A stretch of 43,478 nt of DNA from an uncultured Ruminococcus sp. (GTDB lineage: Bacteria > Bacillota > Clostridia > Oscillospirales > CAG-272): assembly GCA_964461155.1 (NCBI GenBank), contig CAYWTG010000001.1, forward strand, positions 1-43,478. The letters run 5' to 3'. The notes under the pieces were generated by a model. That model searched no databases. It saw only the letters and a program-made list of their open reading frames with translations, and had not been told where the DNA came from. This document shows, piece by piece, positions 26,214 through 35,637 of this stretch (its first letter is position 1; every line of letters starts with the position of its first letter). Both the position numbers and the translations under genes were made by a program.

Positions 26214-27461
26214 ATGAGAAAAATCAAAGTCGGTGTTGTCGGCTGCGGCGGTATCTGCCGTGGTACATACATGGACAACATGATGTACAAGTTCAACGTG
26301 ATCGACGTTGTCGCAGTCTGCGACCTTATCGATTCCCGTGCGCAGTACATGGTTGACAAGTACGGCGTAAAGAAGATGTCCTTCGAGGAGATGCTCGCGG
26401 ATGATGAGATCGAGATCATCGTAAACCTCACATATCCCGAGTCTCACTTCGAGATATCTTCCCGCGCTCTTGCTGCGGGCAAGCACGTTTACTGCGAGAA
26501 GATGATGGCCCCCACATTTGAGGAGGCGAAAGAGCTCGCTCGTCTTGCCGAGGAGAATCACGTCCTCTTCACCACCGCGCCCGATACATTCCTCGGTGCA
26601 TGGGAGCAGTCCGCGCGTAAGTACCTCGACGACGGAATCATCGGTAAGCCCGTTACCATCCACGCTCAGGTTACATCTCACTACGAGCCCGAGACTCCTT
26701 TCTTCGACCTCAAGCCCAGATACTTCTTCTTCCCGCTTCACTACGGCGGAGGCTTCCCGTTCGACCTCGGCGGTTACTATATCCATGAGATGATCAACCT
26801 CCTCGGTTCCGTTAAGAGAGTAACCGGCTTCGGCGGTAACATCAACCCCCACCGCACATACACAAACCCCAAGCATCCGAAGTACAAGGAGACCTTCGAG
26901 GTAAACACTCCCACAACTCTCATGGCTGCTCTCGAGTTTGAGAACGGCGTTGTCGGAACCTTCCACATCTCCTCCGACTCTCAGGGAACACAGGCATTCC
27001 AGATCACCGGTACCGACGGCGTATTCAACCTCGGTGATCCCAACAGCTTCAGAGACACCATCAGCGTAGTCCGCAACGGTGCCGCTCCCACACACGAGGA
27101 CATTCTCCCCGGCCTTACACCCAAGTCCGAGGTCGTTCGCCTCGATGTTGACGACGAGTGTGACGATCAGAGACTCGGCGAGGGCATTCCCGCACACAAG
27201 GTCAACCTCCCGCTCCTCCACGGATTCTATTCCTCCTGCCGCGGCGTCGGCCTTGCCGATATGTGCTACGCGATCATCAACGGCCGCCGTCCGAGATGCC
27301 ACTACGACATCGGACTCCACGCCATCGAGGTCATCCACGGTATTCAGGAGTCTTGCACATCCGGCAAGATCTACGAGATGACCACGCGTTGCGAGCGTCC
27401 CGCACCGATCCGTCCCAGCGCACTCTCCGAGACTGCTCAGGAAGCAACTCTCGACGACTGA
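26214..27461 (+). CDS. Gfo/Idh/MocA family oxidoreductase
   Basis: MRKIKVGVVGCGGICRGTYM is a Rossmann N-terminus, and EKMMAPT is typical of the family. An aaagga RBS is present. Confidence 0.9.
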   Translation: MRKIKVGVVGCGGICRGTYMDNMMYKFNVIDVVAVCDLIDSRAQYMVDKYGVKKMSFEEMLADDEIEIIVNLTYPESHFEISSRALAAGKHVYCEKMMAPTFEEAKELARLAEENHVLFTTAPDTFLGAWEQSARKYLDDGIIGKPVTIHAQVTSHYEPETPFFDLKPRYFFFPLHYGGGFPFDLGGYYIHEMINLLGSVKRVTGFGGNINPHRTYTNPKHPKYKETFEVNTPTTLMAALEFENGVVGTFHISSDSQGTQAFQITGTDGVFNLGDPNSFRDTISVVRNGAAPTHEDILPGLTPKSEVVRLDVDDECDDQRLGEGIPAHKVNLPLLHGFYSSCRGVGLADMCYAIINGRRPRCHYDIGLHAIEVIHGIQESCTSGKIYEMTTRCERPAPIRPSALSETAQEATLDD

Positions 27462-27521
27462 GAATAACAAAATAACGCGATTGTCCGAGATGAATTTTAA
27501 GTTTGTCTCGGACAAAACGCA

Positions 27522-27741
27522 AAATAAAAGCCAAAGGCTGCCGCCCCGAGGGGTGACAGCCTTTGGCTTTTGAGAAAAGAAAGAAATGAAGAAGAATACC
27601 CAAAATTTATACGTACTACCGCAAGCGGCTCTTTCGTGAGGCTTACGGCTACGAGAAAATCAAATAAACGGAAAGCACCGAGCGAAACGAGTTTTTAACT
27701 CGATATCGCAGTTCACAGTTCATCAAATGTTTGATGCATCT
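27522..27741 (-). ncRNA. Candidate small RNA, unit B (about 220 nt; family not recognised)
   Basis: The orphan promoter at 27748-27776 leads into a region with no plausible ORF. Next come a CU-rich tract UAUUCUUCUUCAUUUCUUUCUUUUCUC and the terminator at 27527-27570. Confidence 0.4.
27527..27570. terminator. Bidirectional intrinsic terminator
   Basis: aaagccaaaggctg...cagcctttggcttt 14-bp stem. TTTT follows on the plus strand and TTTTATTTT on the minus strand. Confidence 0.85.
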
Positions 27742-27747
27742 GCATAT

Positions 27748-27776
27748 ATAATATCACGTATTTTGCGATATGTCAA
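27748..27776 (-). promoter_or_regulatory. Orphan promoter of unit B
   Basis: Minus strand reads TTGACA (27776-27771), 17 nt, TATTAT (27753-27748). Confidence 0.6.
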
Positions 27777-27850
27777 TAGGAATTTTCGTGTTTTTTTTGA
27801 ATATTTTTCCTCAACACGCGAAGAAAATAAGTTTTTCGGTTACGCGGACG

Positions 27851-28069
27851 AAAAAGACGACGGCCGCCATCCGCGAGGGATGACGGCCTGCCGCCTTGAA
27901 AAGAAAAATGAAGAAAAAACTCCGGTCCGATACCGAAAAGATGCCAATGTAAACAGGCGCGGAAAAAAGGCATCGGACGTGGTTAGCAAATTGAAAACAT
28001 TTTAAAGAACGAAAATTAAGTGTCGCACACTCCGCAAGTTGGTTTTGCACCGAAGCTTTGGAAATTTGC
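27851..28069 (-). ncRNA. Candidate small RNA, unit A (about 220 nt; family not recognised)
   Basis: The orphan promoter at 28076-28104 leads into a region with no plausible ORF. Next come a CU-rich tract UUUUUUCUUCAUUUUUCUUUUC and the hairpin ggcggcaggccgtcatccc...ggatggcggccgtcgtc followed by TTTTT. Confidence 0.4.
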
Positions 28070-28075
28070 ACCTAT

Positions 28076-28104
28076 ATAATACCACTTGCCGCACAATATG
28101 TCAA
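28076..28104 (-). promoter_or_regulatory. Orphan promoter of unit A
   Basis: Minus strand reads TTGACA (28104-28099), 17 nt, TATTAT (28081-28076). Confidence 0.6.
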
Positions 28105-28195
28105 GAGGATTTTGAAAAAAATTGTGTAATTTTTCTACGAAGGGCAAAAATATTAAAAAACTGCTCCCGCAAGAGCCGCGGCGAGCCTTAATCTA

Positions 28196-28224
28196 TTGAA
28201 AAAAACACGGGAATGTGGTATACT
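28196..28224 (+). promoter_or_regulatory. Promoter of the rbfA-nrnA-truB operon
   Basis: TTGAAA, 17 nt ending in TGG, then TATACT. Confidence 0.6.
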
Positions 28225-28298
28225 AAATATATGATGTAATATTGTACCCTCGCGAGATTTTTGCCGCGCGGGAATATCGAAAGGACAGAACGGATAAT

Positions 28299-28706
28299 AT
28301 GCCGAAATACAGAAGAAATCGTATAAATGACGCCGTCGCGCACGAGCTTGTCGATATAATTCGCGGAGTTAAAGACCCGCGCGTTTCGGAGGCTTTCGTG
28401 ACCGTGACGAGCGCGGACGTCACGGCGGATCTCAAATTCGCGAAAATATTTTACTCCGTCATCGGAGAGTGCGACGAGAAAGAGCTCTCGCGCGGACTTC
28501 GCTCCGCCGAGCCCTACATGAGACGCGAGCTTGCGCACAGACTTGACCTGAGAATGACTCCCGAGCTTTCTTTCGTTCGCGATACGGGCACGCAGCACGG
28601 CGCGGACATCGCACAGCTTCTTCACGATATAGCTCTCGAGCGCGAAAGTCGCGTGGCTACAGCCGACACGGAGATCGAAGCGAGTGACGCGGAGGAAGAG
28701 AATTGA
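28299..28706 (+). CDS. rbfA: Ribosome-binding factor A
   Basis: MPKYRRNRINDAVAHELVDIIRGVKDPRV...FVTVTSADVTADLKFAKIFYSV is the classic RbfA N-terminus. I chose the start at 28299. Confidence 0.9.
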   Translation: MPKYRRNRINDAVAHELVDIIRGVKDPRVSEAFVTVTSADVTADLKFAKIFYSVIGECDEKELSRGLRSAEPYMRRELAHRLDLRMTPELSFVRDTGTQHGADIAQLLHDIALERESRVATADTEIEASDAEEEN

Positions 28707-29728
28707 CCCCTGCAAAACTTACACTTTCCGAACTTGCCGACAGATTCTTGTCGGCCGAGCGAATTCTGATCGTTTGCCACACGGGCCCCGACGGAGACGC
28801 TGTCGGAAGCTCGACGGCTCTCGCGCTTCTTGCCGAGGCGTGCGGCATCCGCGCCGTTTGCACCGCGCCCGACCGCATCGCGGACAGACTTTCGTTTATC
28901 ATCCCCGACGGACTTTTCCGCGAGTTTGACGACTCGCTTCTCGATGAATGCGATACCGTGATGACCGTCGACACGGCCTCCGTGCTTCAGCTCGGCTCGC
29001 TTTCGCACCTTGCGGAGAATGGAAAGATAGATTTTATGCTCGACCACCACGCTACAGGCTCGCCGTATGCCGACTGCTACGTTGACGGCGACGCTTCGGC
29101 GGCGGGGGAGATCGTTTTTGAGCTTTACGAGTGCCTTCGCGAGAGAGGATGCGTCAAAACGCTCCCGGCTCTCTGCCGCGCGGTATATGCGGCGATAAGC
29201 TCTGACACGGGAAGCTTTAAATTTTCAAACGTGACGCCGAAGACCCATATGACGGCCGCGAAAATCGTCGAGTGCATCTCGAACGCCGACGACGGAGGAA
29301 TGCCCGTCGACGAGATCGCGCGTTGCCTTTACGGCAGAAGAACGATGAACGATATTCGCGCGCAGGGACTTGCCATCGAAAAGCTTCGTGTTTATGCCGA
29401 CGGAGAGATAGGAGCCGTGCTGATCACTGCCGATGATTATCTTTCGCGCGGGCTCGACGAGGCGGATGTGTCAAACTCCGTCGAGACGCCGAGAAGCCTC
29501 GCGGGAGTTCGTCTGGCCGTTGCCGTAAGACAAAAGGCGGATGCGCGCGACACGTTCAAGGCGTCCTGCCGCTCGAACTGCGAGATAAACGTCGCCGATA
29601 TTTGTGCCGAATACGGTGGCGGCGGCCACGCAAAGGCTGCGGGATGCTCACTTCATGCCGACTCGCCCGAAGAGGCACTGGCACGAATGATCGAAAGCTT
29701 TGAAAACGCCCTCGGAGGCGGGAGATGA
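28703..29728 (+). CDS. nrnA: DHH/DHHA1 phosphoesterase (NrnA-like oligoribonuclease / pAp phosphatase), TTG start overlapping the rbfA stop
   Basis: Motifs: IVCHTGPDGDAVGS, MLDHHATG, GGGGHAKAAG. GGAGGA lies 6 nt upstream of the TTG. Confidence 0.85.
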   Translation: MTPAKLTLSELADRFLSAERILIVCHTGPDGDAVGSSTALALLAEACGIRAVCTAPDRIADRLSFIIPDGLFREFDDSLLDECDTVMTVDTASVLQLGSLSHLAENGKIDFMLDHHATGSPYADCYVDGDASAAGEIVFELYECLRERGCVKTLPALCRAVYAAISSDTGSFKFSNVTPKTHMTAAKIVECISNADDGGMPVDEIARCLYGRRTMNDIRAQGLAIEKLRVYADGEIGAVLITADDYLSRGLDEADVSNSVETPRSLAGVRLAVAVRQKADARDTFKASCRSNCEINVADICAEYGGGGHAKAAGCSLHADSPEEALARMIESFENALGGGR

Positions 29729-29729
29729 T

Positions 29730-30659
29730 ATGGCAAGAAAAAAAGAAAGTGCCGTTTCGGGCGTTATAGTAATAGACAAACACGAGGGCGTCACCTCGTT
29801 TCGCATAATATCGATCATGAGACGCCTTTTCGATACGACGCAGGTCGGACATACGGGAACGCTCGACCCCATGGCGACGGGAGTTCTGCCCGTGCTCATC
29901 GGCCGCGCGGTAAAGGCATCGGATTATATAATGGCGCGTGATAAGCGTTACACGGCGCGTCTCAAGCTCGGCCTTACGACTGACACGGAGGACACCACGG
30001 GAGAAGTTCTCTCGCGCTCCGACGAGATCCCGGACGAGCGGACCGTGCGCGAGTGCATCGCCTCTTTCATCGGCGAGATATCGCAGGTGCCGCCCATGTA
30101 TTCCGCGATAAAGATCGACGGACGAAAGCTTGTCGACATAGCCCGTGAGGGCGGAGAAGTCGAGCGTGCGCCGAGAGCGGTCACGATAAACTCGATCGGA
30201 GTCGAGCGTTTGTCCGACGACACGTACGAGCTTGACGTTTCCTGTTCAAAGGGAACGTATATCCGCACGCTTTGCGCCGATATCGGAAAAAAGCTCGATT
30301 GCGGAGCGGCTATGTCGGCACTTCGCAGAACGTCGTCGGGAGATTTCGAGCTTTCCGACGCGTATACCGTGGAACAGCTTGAAGCGATGACTCTCGAAGA
30401 ACGTCAAAGCCTCGTCGTGCCGACCGAAAAGCTCTTTTTGCACCTTGACGAGTGCGCACTGCCCGATTTTTACGCAAAGCTTTTCATCGCGGGAGCACCT
30501 CTTTATCAAAAGAAGCTCCGCACAAGCTTGCCCGTCGGAAAGACCGTGCGCGTGACGAATAAGGGCGAGTTTATCGGGCTCGGCCGCGCGGATGTTTTGT
30601 CCGAAAGCGACGATACCCCCGTTTTGAAAGCGGAAAAGCTTTTCAAGTTGAAGTTATGA
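29730..30659 (+). CDS. truB: tRNA pseudouridine(55) synthase
   Basis: GVIVIDKHEGVTSFRII...VGHTGTLDPMATGVLPVLIG and PPMYSAIKIDGRKL. Confidence 0.92.
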   Translation: MARKKESAVSGVIVIDKHEGVTSFRIISIMRRLFDTTQVGHTGTLDPMATGVLPVLIGRAVKASDYIMARDKRYTARLKLGLTTDTEDTTGEVLSRSDEIPDERTVRECIASFIGEISQVPPMYSAIKIDGRKLVDIAREGGEVERAPRAVTINSIGVERLSDDTYELDVSCSKGTYIRTLCADIGKKLDCGAAMSALRRTSSGDFELSDAYTVEQLEAMTLEERQSLVVPTEKLFLHLDECALPDFYAKLFIAGAPLYQKKLRTSLPVGKTVRVTNKGEFIGLGRADVLSESDDTPVLKAEKLFKLKL

Positions 30660-30726
30660 AAGATAGTTTAAAAGCAGAAAGGACACGCTCGGCGGGCACG
30701 CGCCCGTCGCACATGGGAATATAAAT

Positions 30727-31833
30727 ATGCTGCGTATACTGCATACCGGCGATATACATCTCGATACGCCGTTTTCGGGCATCGATTCGGCACAGGCGCA
30801 GGTGAGACGAAACGAGCTTCGCGCCGCCTTTACCTCGATGCTCCACTATGTAAAGTGTGAGAAGATCGACCTTCTTCTCATTGCCGGCGACCTCTTCGAC
30901 GCGCATTTTGTCACGCGAGAGACGCTCGTGCTCATAAAGCGCGAGCTTGAAGCTCTGAAGTGCCCCGTCGTCATAAGCCCCGGAAATCACGATTCGGTCG
31001 GCGAGTGTGCCGTGTGGCAAAAGGGAGTATTCTCCGACAACACATACATCTTCACGAAGGATACACTCGAGCATTTCGACTTTCCGAGCCTCAACACGCG
31101 AGTTTGGGGCTGGGCTTTCACGTCGAACACGATGGACGAGAACCCGCTCGGCGGCCACCGCGCGACGGAGGACGGCGGAGAGGGAATGATAAATCTTCTC
31201 TGCGCTCACGGCGACCTTATGCCGTCTCGCAGACCGAGTTGCCCGCTGAGCGTCGCGGAACTCGAGAGATTCGGCGCGGATTATGCGGCACTCGGCCACA
31301 TCCACAATCCCCGCGAGTATACGGATCGCATCGCTTACTGCGGCTGCCTCGAGGGACGCGCGTTTGACGAGCTCGGCGTAAAGGGCGCACTGCTCGTCGA
31401 GATCGACGGGGAGCGCATCACGAGAAAGAAGCTTCGCTTCTCGAAGAGAAGATATGAGCTCGACGAGCTCGATGTCTTCGGTGCGTCGTCGAATACCGAG
31501 CTTGCCGAGAAGATCCGCAATTTTATCGCCGCAAAGCGGTACGGGGATGACACGCTCCTCAGACTCACGCTGAAAGGCGAGGTCTCACCCGCATTTTCGG
31601 TAAATGCGGCGGCACTCGAGTCGTGCTCGGATCGCGTGTTCGCACTCAAAATAGTCGACGAGACCGTGCCGATGCTCGATGTCGACCGCCTCAGACGTGA
31701 CCCGACCCTCAGAGGCGAGCTTTACCGCGTGCTCGAGGGTGCGCTGAGTTCGACGGATGCTTCCGAGAGAGAACGTGCGTCGGCGGCACTTCGCGTCGGA
31801 CTTGCAGCGATCGCGGGCGAGGATATACCGTGA
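30727..31833 (+). CDS. SbcD-like metallophosphoesterase nuclease (YhaO/SbcF-like)
   Basis: Motifs: MLRILHTGDIHLD, IAGDLFD, SPGNHD, LGHIH. Confidence 0.85.
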   Translation: MLRILHTGDIHLDTPFSGIDSAQAQVRRNELRAAFTSMLHYVKCEKIDLLLIAGDLFDAHFVTRETLVLIKRELEALKCPVVISPGNHDSVGECAVWQKGVFSDNTYIFTKDTLEHFDFPSLNTRVWGWAFTSNTMDENPLGGHRATEDGGEGMINLLCAHGDLMPSRRPSCPLSVAELERFGADYAALGHIHNPREYTDRIAYCGCLEGRAFDELGVKGALLVEIDGERITRKKLRFSKRRYELDELDVFGASSNTELAEKIRNFIAAKRYGDDTLLRLTLKGEVSPAFSVNAAALESCSDRVFALKIVDETVPMLDVDRLRRDPTLRGELYRVLEGALSSTDASERERASAALRVGLAAIAGEDIP

Positions 31834-31858
31834 TGCGCACGGCGATGAATGGAGATAA

Positions 31859-34114
31859 ATGATGTACATAAAAGAGTTACACATCGGTGCTTTCGGCCCG
31901 ATCCTCGACACGCGCATTTCGCTTGATCGCGGGCTGAATATCATCGAGGGCAAAAACGAAACGGGCAAGACCTCCGTTGCCATGTTCATTAAATTTATTT
32001 TTTACGGTCTGTCGGCACGCGGCACTGACAGCGTCTCGGAAAGACGCCTTTACGTCAATCGCGAGCGAGGAGTGGCCTCGGGCTATGCCGTGATCGCGGT
32101 GAAGTCTTCACGCGGTGAGGAGCGAGAGATCCGCATCGAGCGAACGGTCGCGGAAAGAAGCGACGCCGACGGGCGCACGAAATATTCCGAGCGACTTCGT
32201 GTGCTCGACCACGTCGGAGGAATGCCGCTCGGCGTCAAGGGACAGCCGGGAGAATACTTCTTCGGCGTGCCCGAGCAGGTCTTCACAAGCTCCGTGTTTG
32301 CCGCGCAGGGTGGCGGGATTCGCCCCGACAGCACGGCACTTCGCGAGGCGGTCGAAAACATGATCCTCGCCGCCGACGAGAATGTGAGCGTGAAACGCGC
32401 CGTGGATTCGATCGATCGAGAGCGCGTGAGACTCATGCACAAGAAAGGCTCGGGAGGCGAGATATCCGCGCTCGAGCAGAAGCTCGCAAATTCCGAAAGA
32501 GCACTCATCGAAGCGCAGCAGAGCGCGTCGACGCTCATAAAATCGGAGCTTTCGCTCTCCGACGTCAAAGAGAAGCTCGCCTCCGCGAAGACACGCCTCG
32601 CACAGCTCGAGGAGCTCTCGGGCGCGATGGACACGCTTTCGCGCGATGACGTTAAGCGCAGGATAAGCGATGGTGAAAATAAGCTTTCCGCGCTCAAAAA
32701 AGAGCTCGCCGACGGAACACTTGCGGGAGCGGATGAAAAGTTCCGTTCGACGCTTGCGGTGGCCGTGCGCGACGTGGATCGTGCGGACAAGCTCGAGGCA
32801 GAATATAAAAAGAAGCTTGACACCGTGAGCGAGAATTTTCCGGACGGTGAACCCGGCGATCCCGAGGAAGACGCGCTTTACGCCGAGCGGATGCTCCGCC
32901 GCCGCTCGAACACGCTCGTCCCCGCGCTGATACTCACAATCATCGGTGTCGCGGCATTCGTCGCATCATTTGTGCTTCGCCCCGGAAACAGCCTCTTCTT
33001 GCCGGTATTTTGCTCGGGAGCCGTCACGTTCATGGCGGGTGTCTCGATGCTCATCCTTTCTTCTGCATGGAAGCAGGAGGCCGCGGCTGTCTTCGACGAC
33101 TGGAATGTTGAAGATCTCGAAGAGCTTCGCACGACGACAGGAGAGCTCGGCGCGCTCTATCGCACGCTTGACGGAGACAGGATAGCCGCAGAGAACGCGC
33201 AACTCGCATCGGCCGAGGCCGCAGATACGCTCGACATACTCCTTGACGAAGCCAAGCTTGAAAAAGTCGAAAACGAAAGCACTCGTGAGAGGGCACGCAG
33301 ACTTGTGATATACTCCTCCGAATGCACTAAGAAAAAGAGAACGCTCGAGGATGAGGTATTAAAGCTCGATGGACGCCTTTCGGCGGATCGCGCGCTTCTC
33401 GAACGTGATTTCGCGACGGAGACCGAAAGCAATCCCGAGCTTGTCGCGCGAGTCGGCGCGATGAGTGAGGACGAGCGACGCGAGGTCGTCCGCGAACTCC
33501 GCTTTACGAGAACGAAGATAGAAAACCTGCACGGCCGCGAGCTTGAGCTCGAAAGAGAGTGCTCTGCCGCACGTGCGCTTTCGGCAGACCCCGCTGCGCT
33601 CTTTGAGGAAGTTGAGTCGTTGCGACTCGAGATCGCCGAAAAACGCAAGAAGCTCGACTCGTACCTACTCGCGACGGAAGCATTGCAGACCGCCAGCGAG
33701 AACATTCGACTCTCCGTCCTGCCGAGACTTACGCGCGCCGCCTCCGATATCATGTCGGGCGTGACGGACGGAAAATACGACGAGATCGGTATCTCGCCGT
33801 CGTTTGACATGAACTTCCGCTTTGACGCACTTCAGACGCTTGAGCTCGACTTCCTTTCGACTGGAACGAGAGAGGCGGCGTATCTCGCGCTTCGCCTCGC
33901 ACTGACTCGCGCACTCTACGACGAAGAGCACAGACCGCCGATGATACTCGACGAGAGCCTTGCATCTCTCGATGAGGACAGAGTACGCCGCGCGACGGCG
34001 ATCCTTGCGGAGAGCGACACGCAGATATTCCTCTTTACCTGCCGCAGACTCGAATCCTCCGTCACGCACGGCGGACATATCGTTTCGATGACGGGAAAGC
34101 GCGGTGAGATATGA
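31859..34114 (+). CDS. SMC/SbcC-like AAA ATPase with two central TM helices (YhaN/SbcE-like). The start may be the second ATG at 31862.
   Basis: Walker A EGKNETGKTS and Walker B PMILDESLASLD. Long coiled-coil segments are present. A hydrophobic pair sits mid-protein: LVPALILTIIGVAAFVASFVL and FLPVFCSGAVTFMAGVSMLILSSAW. Confidence 0.8.
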   Translation: MMYIKELHIGAFGPILDTRISLDRGLNIIEGKNETGKTSVAMFIKFIFYGLSARGTDSVSERRLYVNRERGVASGYAVIAVKSSRGEEREIRIERTVAERSDADGRTKYSERLRVLDHVGGMPLGVKGQPGEYFFGVPEQVFTSSVFAAQGGGIRPDSTALREAVENMILAADENVSVKRAVDSIDRERVRLMHKKGSGGEISALEQKLANSERALIEAQQSASTLIKSELSLSDVKEKLASAKTRLAQLEELSGAMDTLSRDDVKRRISDGENKLSALKKELADGTLAGADEKFRSTLAVAVRDVDRADKLEAEYKKKLDTVSENFPDGEPGDPEEDALYAERMLRRRSNTLVPALILTIIGVAAFVASFVLRPGNSLFLPVFCSGAVTFMAGVSMLILSSAWKQEAAAVFDDWNVEDLEELRTTTGELGALYRTLDGDRIAAENAQLASAEAADTLDILLDEAKLEKVENESTRERARRLVIYSSECTKKKRTLEDEVLKLDGRLSADRALLERDFATETESNPELVARVGAMSEDERREVVRELRFTRTKIENLHGRELELERECSAARALSADPAALFEEVESLRLEIAEKRKKLDSYLLATEALQTASENIRLSVLPRLTRAASDIMSGVTDGKYDEIGISPSFDMNFRFDALQTLELDFLSTGTREAAYLALRLALTRALYDEEHRPPMILDESLASLDEDRVRRATAILAESDTQIFLFTCRRLESSVTHGGHIVSMTGKRGEI

Positions 34115-35406
34115 AACGGGGCTTTTCGCAAAGCTTTGATACGAAATATCTAAAGCACATCGCCCTCTGTGCGGCGTCAGCGATACTTTCGGCGAGCCTT
34201 GTGTTTATTTTGATAAGCCACCTGTCGCCGTCGAAGATCGAGGGACTTAAAACCATGTACGCCGTGCCGCAGACAGTCGAGCAGAGCGTGTCCTGCGACA
34301 GCTACATATTGAGACGCGAGAGCGTGATCGCGGGAAGTGCTTCCTCCTCGCTCACTCCGAATATGGAAGACGGAACGAAGGTGCGCGCGGGAGAGTGTGT
34401 GGCGAGCGTGTACAGCGCGTCGTCGCCGATGACCGTGCGAAAGATCGCGCTTGTCGAAGATCAGATCGAGTTTTACGAGAAGTGCATCGAAAACAGCACG
34501 GGCTTCGGTGACACGACATTGACAAACCGCACGCTGGCGTCGTCTGTCATAGCGATAAGACGCGCCGTCGGCTCGGGAGATGTCTCCTCGGCACTGTCGA
34601 TGAAATCTCGGGCGGTGCTGAACATCCGACGGCTCGGCGTCCTCAGCGGCAGAGTCAGCGACTTGAGCTCTGTCGTCTCGTCACTCAAATCGACTCTCGC
34701 CTCGCTCAAATCGAGCCTCGGCTCGGTCAGCTCATCGGTCTACGCGCCGAGCGCGGGATATTATTTCTCCGAGTGCGACGGATACGAGGACATTTTCGCG
34801 ATAGACGACATAGAAAAGCTCACCTATTCTGGCTTTTCCGAAATGGTCGCAGCGGCCGAAGCGAGAGATGTCACGGTCAGTGCGTCGTGCGGAAAGATCG
34901 TCAAAGATTTCAGATGGTACATCGCCTGCCGCATGACAAGCGTCGAGGCCGCGCAGATGAAGCTTTGGAAAAACTACTCGATCACGCTTGAAAACAACGA
35001 CGGCACGAGACTGAAAACTCAGCTGTGCTCGCTTCTCTCGGACGGTGCTGAGAGCGTCGCCGTGTTCAGCTGTGACCGTGTGGACGGTTCGCTCGACATG
35101 ACGCGCTTTCAGACGGCGACGATAGTGCTCTCGAGCACGGACTGCTACACCGTGCCGCGCGAGGCACTTCGCGTATACGACGGAGTCGAGGGCGTCTTCG
35201 TGCTCGACGAGCTGAAAGTCGATTTCCGCAGAGTAAGCATCATCGGCGGAAACGATGACTACGCATACTGCGCGCTCGAAACGGACACTGAGTCCGACGG
35301 CGAGGACGTCGAAGACACGTCACCGTACGCGCTTCTTGCGCAAAACGACCTTGTGATCACCGCCGGAACCGGACTTTACGTCGGAATGATGCTCGACCTG
35401 AAGTAG
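34111..35406 (+). CDS. Membrane-anchored hypothetical protein (possibly a HlyD-like barrel-sandwich fold)
   Basis: ATGA overlap with the ATPase gene. N-terminal TM ALCAASAILSASLVFILISHL. EDGTKVRAGECVASVY resembles a lipoyl/HlyD hairpin, but the fold call is weak. Confidence 0.55.
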   Translation: MKRGFSQSFDTKYLKHIALCAASAILSASLVFILISHLSPSKIEGLKTMYAVPQTVEQSVSCDSYILRRESVIAGSASSSLTPNMEDGTKVRAGECVASVYSASSPMTVRKIALVEDQIEFYEKCIENSTGFGDTTLTNRTLASSVIAIRRAVGSGDVSSALSMKSRAVLNIRRLGVLSGRVSDLSSVVSSLKSTLASLKSSLGSVSSSVYAPSAGYYFSECDGYEDIFAIDDIEKLTYSGFSEMVAAAEARDVTVSASCGKIVKDFRWYIACRMTSVEAAQMKLWKNYSITLENNDGTRLKTQLCSLLSDGAESVAVFSCDRVDGSLDMTRFQTATIVLSSTDCYTVPREALRVYDGVEGVFVLDELKVDFRRVSIIGGNDDYAYCALETDTESDGEDVEDTSPYALLAQNDLVITAGTGLYVGMMLDLK

Positions 35407-35503
35407 CACGACGAAAAGCGTTCGGTCAAGTAGGGAAAATGCACAAAAACGCATCGCATAAATTGTGTAAGCTGATGAAAAACCGAGTTCGAGAAAAGTA
35501 AGG

Positions 35504-35532
35504 TTGATTATCGGCGAAAAAAGTGTTATAAT
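35504..35532 (+). promoter_or_regulatory. Promoter of the solute-binding protein gene
   Basis: TTGATT, 17 nt, TATAAT. The leader is about 100 nt. Confidence 0.6.
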
Positions 35533-35637
35533 ATAACGGAATTAAGGTTTTTACAATGCCTGTCGTCGCTTTGGCGGAGATTTTTGCCCGAGCGTCGTAT
35601 ATTAACTGTAAGAAAACCGTCCAAGGAGGTTCTCTAA

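Noticed and set aside
26034-27515. 493-aa ORF on the minus strand
   Set aside because: It is exactly antisense to the well-supported Gfo/Idh/MocA oxidoreductase (26214..27461). It has no RBS, its composition is odd (V/D/G/L-rich), and it runs through two terminator hairpins. This is a typical shadow ORF of GC-rich coding DNA.
27571-27945. Short plus-strand peptides starting at the conserved aaATGAAG motif (MKKNTQNLYVLPQAALS, MKKKLRSDTEKMPM; also MKSRLRFRKTNI at 20585)
   Set aside because: They have no GGAGG-type RBS and no plus-strand promoter, because each sits directly behind a terminator. The peptides share nothing beyond MK. The conservation is better explained as the reverse complement of a CU-rich RNA module.
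27811-28071. 86-aa minus-strand ORF beginning at the predicted transcription start of unit A
   Set aside because: It would have to be leaderless, it reads through the unit A terminator hairpin, and it has a phenylalanine-rich, nonsense-like composition.
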